In this document: piece after piece, positions 6,967 to 10,636 of the stretch | Numbering within the stretch: the first letter of the stretch is position 1 | How the letters are laid out: each line of letters begins with the position of its first letter | Origin: Thermodesulfobacteriota bacterium | Lineage (GTDB): Bacteria; Desulfobacterota_D; UBA1144; Nemesobacterales; N074bin48 | Length of the DNA stretch: 10,636 bases | Assembly (NCBI GenBank): GCA_041572575.1 | Contig: JBFFSH010000086.1 | Location: 1 to 10,636, forward strand | Reading direction: 5' to 3' | Made by a program: the position numbers and the translations under genes | Notes under the pieces: model-generated | Seen by the model: the letters and a program-made list of their open reading frames with translations, nothing else | What the model was told of the DNA's origin: nothing | The model's database searches: none

Positions 6967-8067
6967 ATGTACAAACAAATTGTAAGTCCAATATTAGACC
7001 ATCTGGATTCAGAGACTTGGCACAATTTTGCCCGTGAGTCACTTCATCATTGTGAATCCTTTTCACCACTACTAAGGCTAGTAGAGCTTTTTAATTTTGG
7101 AGCCAGGCGGCTTATTGATGATAGATTAAAAGTAAACCTCAGTGGAATCGATTTTGATAACCCCGTAACAGTAGGCGCCGGCTGGGATAAATATGGAAGA
7201 GCAGTAAAAGCACTGTGGCACCTTGGATTTTCAGGTGTTGAAGTGGGTACAGTGGTTTTTCATCCACAACCGGGAAATCCAAAACCAAGGCAGTTTATGA
7301 TTGCACCAGGGGTTGGTGTAAACTGGCTTGGGTTTAATAGCCCCGGAATGGATAAAATTAAAGAAAACCTCAACAGATATAAAAACTCGGGTATTCCAAT
7401 CGGTATAAGTATTGGTAAAAATAAAAATCTGGATGATAAGGAAATTGCGTGGGCACACAGAGCTGTGGCCGAAGAGTTATATGACTTCGCATCTTATTTC
7501 GCAGTAAACGTAAGCTCTCCAAATACCCCGGGCTTGAGAAAGCTTCAGGATAAAAAACCTCTTGGCGAAATTATCGCCGCGGTAAAAGACTCCATGAAAG
7601 GTAAGAAGGTTAAAAAACCTGTTTTTATCAAAATTGCCCCCGAGCTTACTTTTCATGCCATAGATGAGGTAATCGATGTTGTAGAAGAAAATAAAATCTC
7701 TGGTATTATCGCATCAAATACAACTATAAATACTGAAATTAAAGCAAAATATGGCACAAGATGGAAAGAATCACAGGGCGGCCTCAGTGGAGACGACCCC
7801 GATTACAGAAAACTTGTAAATGACCAGATAAAGCATATTTATAAACAGACTAAGGGAAAGATGGAAATTATTGGGGTAGGCGGCATAAATAGTTCTGAAA
7901 CTGCTTTGGAAAAAATCAAAGCGGGAGCCAAGCTTCTTCAGTTAGTAACCGCCATCCGCGGCGAAGGTCCTTCAGTTGCCGGAAAAATTAACACCGGGCT
8001 TTTGAACTTCATGATTAAAGAGGGTGTGAAGGATGTTAGTGAATTAGTTGGAACAGACGCAGATTAA
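6967..8067 (+). CDS. pyrD: Quinone-dependent dihydroorotate dehydrogenase (class 2)
   Basis: N-terminal membrane-association helices (LDSETWH) and motifs NPVTVGAGWDK, EVGTV, QPGNPKPR, NWLGFNSPG, NVSSPNTPGLR (catalytic Ser), KIAPEL, SNTT, GGLSG, GVGGI. Confidence 0.96.
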   Translation: MYKQIVSPILDHLDSETWHNFARESLHHCESFSPLLRLVELFNFGARRLIDDRLKVNLSGIDFDNPVTVGAGWDKYGRAVKALWHLGFSGVEVGTVVFHPQPGNPKPRQFMIAPGVGVNWLGFNSPGMDKIKENLNRYKNSGIPIGISIGKNKNLDDKEIAWAHRAVAEELYDFASYFAVNVSSPNTPGLRKLQDKKPLGEIIAAVKDSMKGKKVKKPVFIKIAPELTFHAIDEVIDVVEENKISGIIASNTTINTEIKAKYGTRWKESQGGLSGDDPDYRKLVNDQIKHIYKQTKGKMEIIGVGGINSSETALEKIKAGAKLLQLVTAIRGEGPSVAGKINTGLLNFMIKEGVKDVSELVGTDAD

Positions 8068-8069
8068 TT

Positions 8070-9251
8070 CTATGTTGTATAATCCGAATTAAATTTCACA
8101 TAGTCCACTGTGAGGTCACTCGTAAGTATAAAAGAACTCTTTTTTCCGCTATTCAGATCAAGAGTGATTTCTATGTCTTTTTGTTTTAGGTATTTAGCGG
8201 CCTTTTTTTCATTCATTACAGCCATACCGTTTTTACAAACCTGATGCTTCCCAAAGTAAAGATCAATTTTATCCGGATTAAATTTTACTCCGGCCCGTCC
8301 CGCTGCCCCTAATATCCTGCCCCAGTTTGGATCCTGGCCATACAGGGCAGTCTTAACAAGCGTGGAAGTACCAATTGTATGGGCTAACTTATCCGCATCT
8401 TTTATTGTTTTTGTTCCCTTAATATTTATTCGTGCTACCTTTGTTGCCCCTTCTCCGTCTTCAACTATCTTGTATGCTACATCGCTTAAAACCCCATTCA
8501 ATGCATCTTCAACCTTTTTATAGTTTCTGCCGTTAAATTTTATAGGTTTATTCCCCGCATATCCATTTGTTAATAAGAGCACTGTATCGTTTGTAGATGT
8601 ATCTCCATCGACTGTAATCTTGTTAAACGAATCATTCACTGCACTTTTTAACAGTCTGTCCTGTGCTGTTTTTTCCAAAGCAATATCTGTTATGGCAAAG
8701 CAAAGCATCGTTGCCATATTAGGTGAGATCATCCCTGCACCTTTACCAATTGCTGTAATAGTTCCCTGCTTACCATCAATTTTAATTTTCTTAGACGACA
8801 TTTTAATAAAAGCATCTGTTGTCTTTATGGCTTGGGCTGCGTCATTTATACCGGCTTCTGAGAGTGAATTAACAATATCGGGTATCGACATTTTTATTTT
8901 GCTTAAATGTGAAGTAAGAAACGCTCCAATAAGCCCCGTGGATGAGGGAATAACGAGTGAATCTTTTATATGTAATTCTTTTGCAACAGCTTTCGTGATT
9001 TCATTTGCGTCTTTTATACCCTGCTTACCGGTGCATACATTTGCAATTCCACTGTTTATAACTACAGCCTGACACTTGCCTGACTTAACTTTTCTCTGCC
9101 CAATAATCACAGGAGCCGCCTTAACCACATTTGTAGTAAATACACCGGATACCTGTGCCGGTGTCTCAGAATATATAAGCGCAAGATCCTTTTTCTTACT
9201 TCTTTTAATTCCACTGTAAATACCCGATGCCTTAAACCCTTTTACAATCAT
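8070..9251 (-). CDS. argJ: Glutamate N-acetyltransferase / ornithine acetyltransferase ArgJ
   Basis: Motifs DLALI, GVFTTN, NSGIANVCTG, SSTGLIG, TTD, KGAGMISPNMATML (autocleavage Thr), VDGDTSTND, DGEGATK, DPNWGRI, C-terminal DYVKFNSDYTT. GGAG upstream of the ATG. Confidence 0.97.
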   Translation of the reverse strand: MIVKGFKASGIYSGIKRSKKKDLALIYSETPAQVSGVFTTNVVKAAPVIIGQRKVKSGKCQAVVINSGIANVCTGKQGIKDANEITKAVAKELHIKDSLVIPSSTGLIGAFLTSHLSKIKMSIPDIVNSLSEAGINDAAQAIKTTDAFIKMSSKKIKIDGKQGTITAIGKGAGMISPNMATMLCFAITDIALEKTAQDRLLKSAVNDSFNKITVDGDTSTNDTVLLLTNGYAGNKPIKFNGRNYKKVEDALNGVLSDVAYKIVEDGEGATKVARINIKGTKTIKDADKLAHTIGTSTLVKTALYGQDPNWGRILGAAGRAGVKFNPDKIDLYFGKHQVCKNGMAVMNEKKAAKYLKQKDIEITLDLNSGKKSSFILTSDLTVDYVKFNSDYTT

Positions 9252-9256
9252 CTGTA

Positions 9257-9955
9257 CTAGTTCTCCATTACAAATCGTTCTGACTTGAATTCTTTACCCG
9301 TATGAAATTTTGTAAATCTTGTAAGAAGTGCAATATTTTTCATTATTGTTTGTTTATCATTTTTATCAAATTTTTTTATAAATTTATATCCCTCGACCTT
9401 TGCTCCTAATTTTTTCCCACATTCTATACAGGCAATCCCTCCCTGCCTTATGCTCAAATATCCCTCATCCACTACATCCCTGCCACAGCTAAAACAGGCG
9501 GTTAATTCAGGGGTTAACCCTACACACCTAAGCGCTTTATATTGAAACCTTGGTATCATGTTAATAATATCATTTTTTTCACAAATATGCTCAATGCTTG
9601 AATGCAGTAGTTCATATAAATCTCTGTTCGGCTCCTCTGCTTCAGACAAATTTTCTATATACTCTAGTATAAAGCTGCCCCACTTATACTTATCCAGGTC
9701 ATTCATAATATCTGCATAAGATTTAATGATGCTGCAGTCTTCAAGATACTTAATATGCCTGATACCAGGCTTGAACTTAATCTTAAGATTTAAAAACGGC
9801 TCGAGCCTTCCGCCAAATCTTTTTGAGCTTTTTTTGGCACTCCTTGCAATACAGCTTATTTTTCCGAAATCAGATGAATAAAAACTGATGATATAATCAG
9901 CTTCTTTATAAACTGTTTTTTTTAGAACAAAAGCATGTGTTATTTGTTCTGTCAT
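9257..9955 (-). CDS. recO: DNA repair protein RecO
   Basis: N-terminal OB fold (AFVLKK..YKEAD, GKISCIARSAKKSSKRFGGRLEPF) and Zn finger CFSC...CIEC. Sits in the common mgtE-recO context. Confidence 0.92.
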   Translation of the reverse strand: MTEQITHAFVLKKTVYKEADYIISFYSSDFGKISCIARSAKKSSKRFGGRLEPFLNLKIKFKPGIRHIKYLEDCSIIKSYADIMNDLDKYKWGSFILEYIENLSEAEEPNRDLYELLHSSIEHICEKNDIINMIPRFQYKALRCVGLTPELTACFSCGRDVVDEGYLSIRQGGIACIECGKKLGAKVEGYKFIKKFDKNDKQTIMKNIALLTRFTKFHTGKEFKSERFVMEN

Positions 9956-9957
9956 TT

Positions 9958-10636
9958 TTAGAATATAAGCATTGCTATGAATAGATAAACAACCGAGCCG
10001 AAGATGTCATTGAACATGGTAAGAAACGGCCCTGATGCTGCAGCCGGATCGAACTTGAATTTTTGCAGTAAAAGCGGGCTAGCCGCCCCTATGAATGACG
10101 TAGCCATAGTTGCAGACATCATGGCAATAAACACTGCAAGAGCAAGTTTTAGGACCTGTGGTTCACCTTTGCCTATGATTATACCGGCGGTAGCTGCCAC
10201 AAGACCGCAGACTACGCCAATCGAAAGTCCCACCTTCACTTCAGAGAGAACAAGCTTGTAAATTTGTGAAAAAGTAATAGTGCCCATACCAAGGCTTCTA
10301 ATTACAATGGTTGTAGTCTGTATCCCTACATTTCCACCCGTAGCCATAATTGCCGGCATAAATGCTGCAAGTATAGCAACTTTTTCCAGTGTTGGCTGGA
10401 AGGCGTAGACAATGATAAGAGCTATGAGAAGTTCACCAACAAGGGTTAAGAGAAGCCATGGGGTACGAAGTTTAATTCGTGTAATAGTTGGTGTGTAAAT
10501 AGGATGCATCTGGTCCTGCACACCGGCAAGCTGATACATATCCTCTGAAGCCTCTTCTGTTATAACATCTATGATGTCGTCCGCTGTTATTCGGCCCAGC
10601 AGTTTTCCCGTTTCATCTATAACAGGCAGAGCAAAA
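9958..10636 (-). CDS. mgtE: Magnesium transporter MgtE, C-terminal part (5' end lies beyond the window)
   Basis: The frame stays open from 10539 to the window edge: FALPVIDETGKLLGRITADDIIDVITEEASEDMYQLAG (CBS domain and plug helix). Then RTPWL, FMPAIMATGGNVGIQT and DPAAASGPFLTMFND membrane-domain motifs. Confidence 0.96.
   Translation of the reverse strand, partial: FALPVIDETGKLLGRITADDIIDVITEEASEDMYQLAGVQDQMHPIYTPTITRIKLRTPWLLLTLVGELLIALIIVYAFQPTLEKVAILAAFMPAIMATGGNVGIQTTTIVIRSLGMGTITFSQIYKLVLSEVKVGLSIGVVCGLVAATAGIIIGKGEPQVLKLALAVFIAMMSATMATSFIGAASPLLLQKFKFDPAAASGPFLTMFNDIFGSVVYLFIAMLIF

Noticed and set aside
6506..10261. ORFs 6506..6817, 7231..7458, 8620..9072 and 10004..10261
   Set aside because: Antisense shadows of the RAYT-like gene, pyrD, argJ and mgtE. 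Their Phe-rich or hydrophobic composition reflects the opposite strand.
10537..10539. ORF-track start for the 193-aa membrane protein
   Set aside because: An internal Met. The frame continues to the window edge as the MgtE CBS domain.
1..10636. CRISPR arrays, tRNA/rRNA genes, prophage or defence islands
   Set aside because: No regularly spaced repeats, RNA gene signatures or phage/defence proteins seen. Intergenic space is short and AT-rich.

Overview
AT-rich bacterial chromosomal window made up mostly of housekeeping genes. In order: nadA (5' part) and nadC on the minus strand; a divergent ApgM-type cofactor-independent phosphoglycerate mutase; a minus-strand operon (M24 Xaa-Pro peptidase, membrane metal-dependent hydrolase, mazG, 173-aa orphan); a plus-strand pair (RAYT/IS200-like Y1 tyrosine-transposase homolog, class 2 pyrD); and a convergent minus-strand mgtE (3' part)-recO-argJ operon. 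The standout is the 282-aa Y1-transposase homolog at 6047..6895. It is full length and keeps the family's scaffold motifs and C-terminal HTH, but the catalytic positions are replaced (HUH H-Y-H -> E60-Y61-N62, catalytic Tyr -> His119, NP -> LS). It has a plausible promoter and a single GGGGACAG end motif upstream with no partner downstream. This pattern suggests a domesticated, nuclease-dead transposase repurposed as a nucleic-acid-binding protein. Downstream, pyrD has a near-consensus sigma70 promoter, a U-rich leader and a hairpin abutting its start codon. All calls come from motif recognition by eye; no database searches were run.
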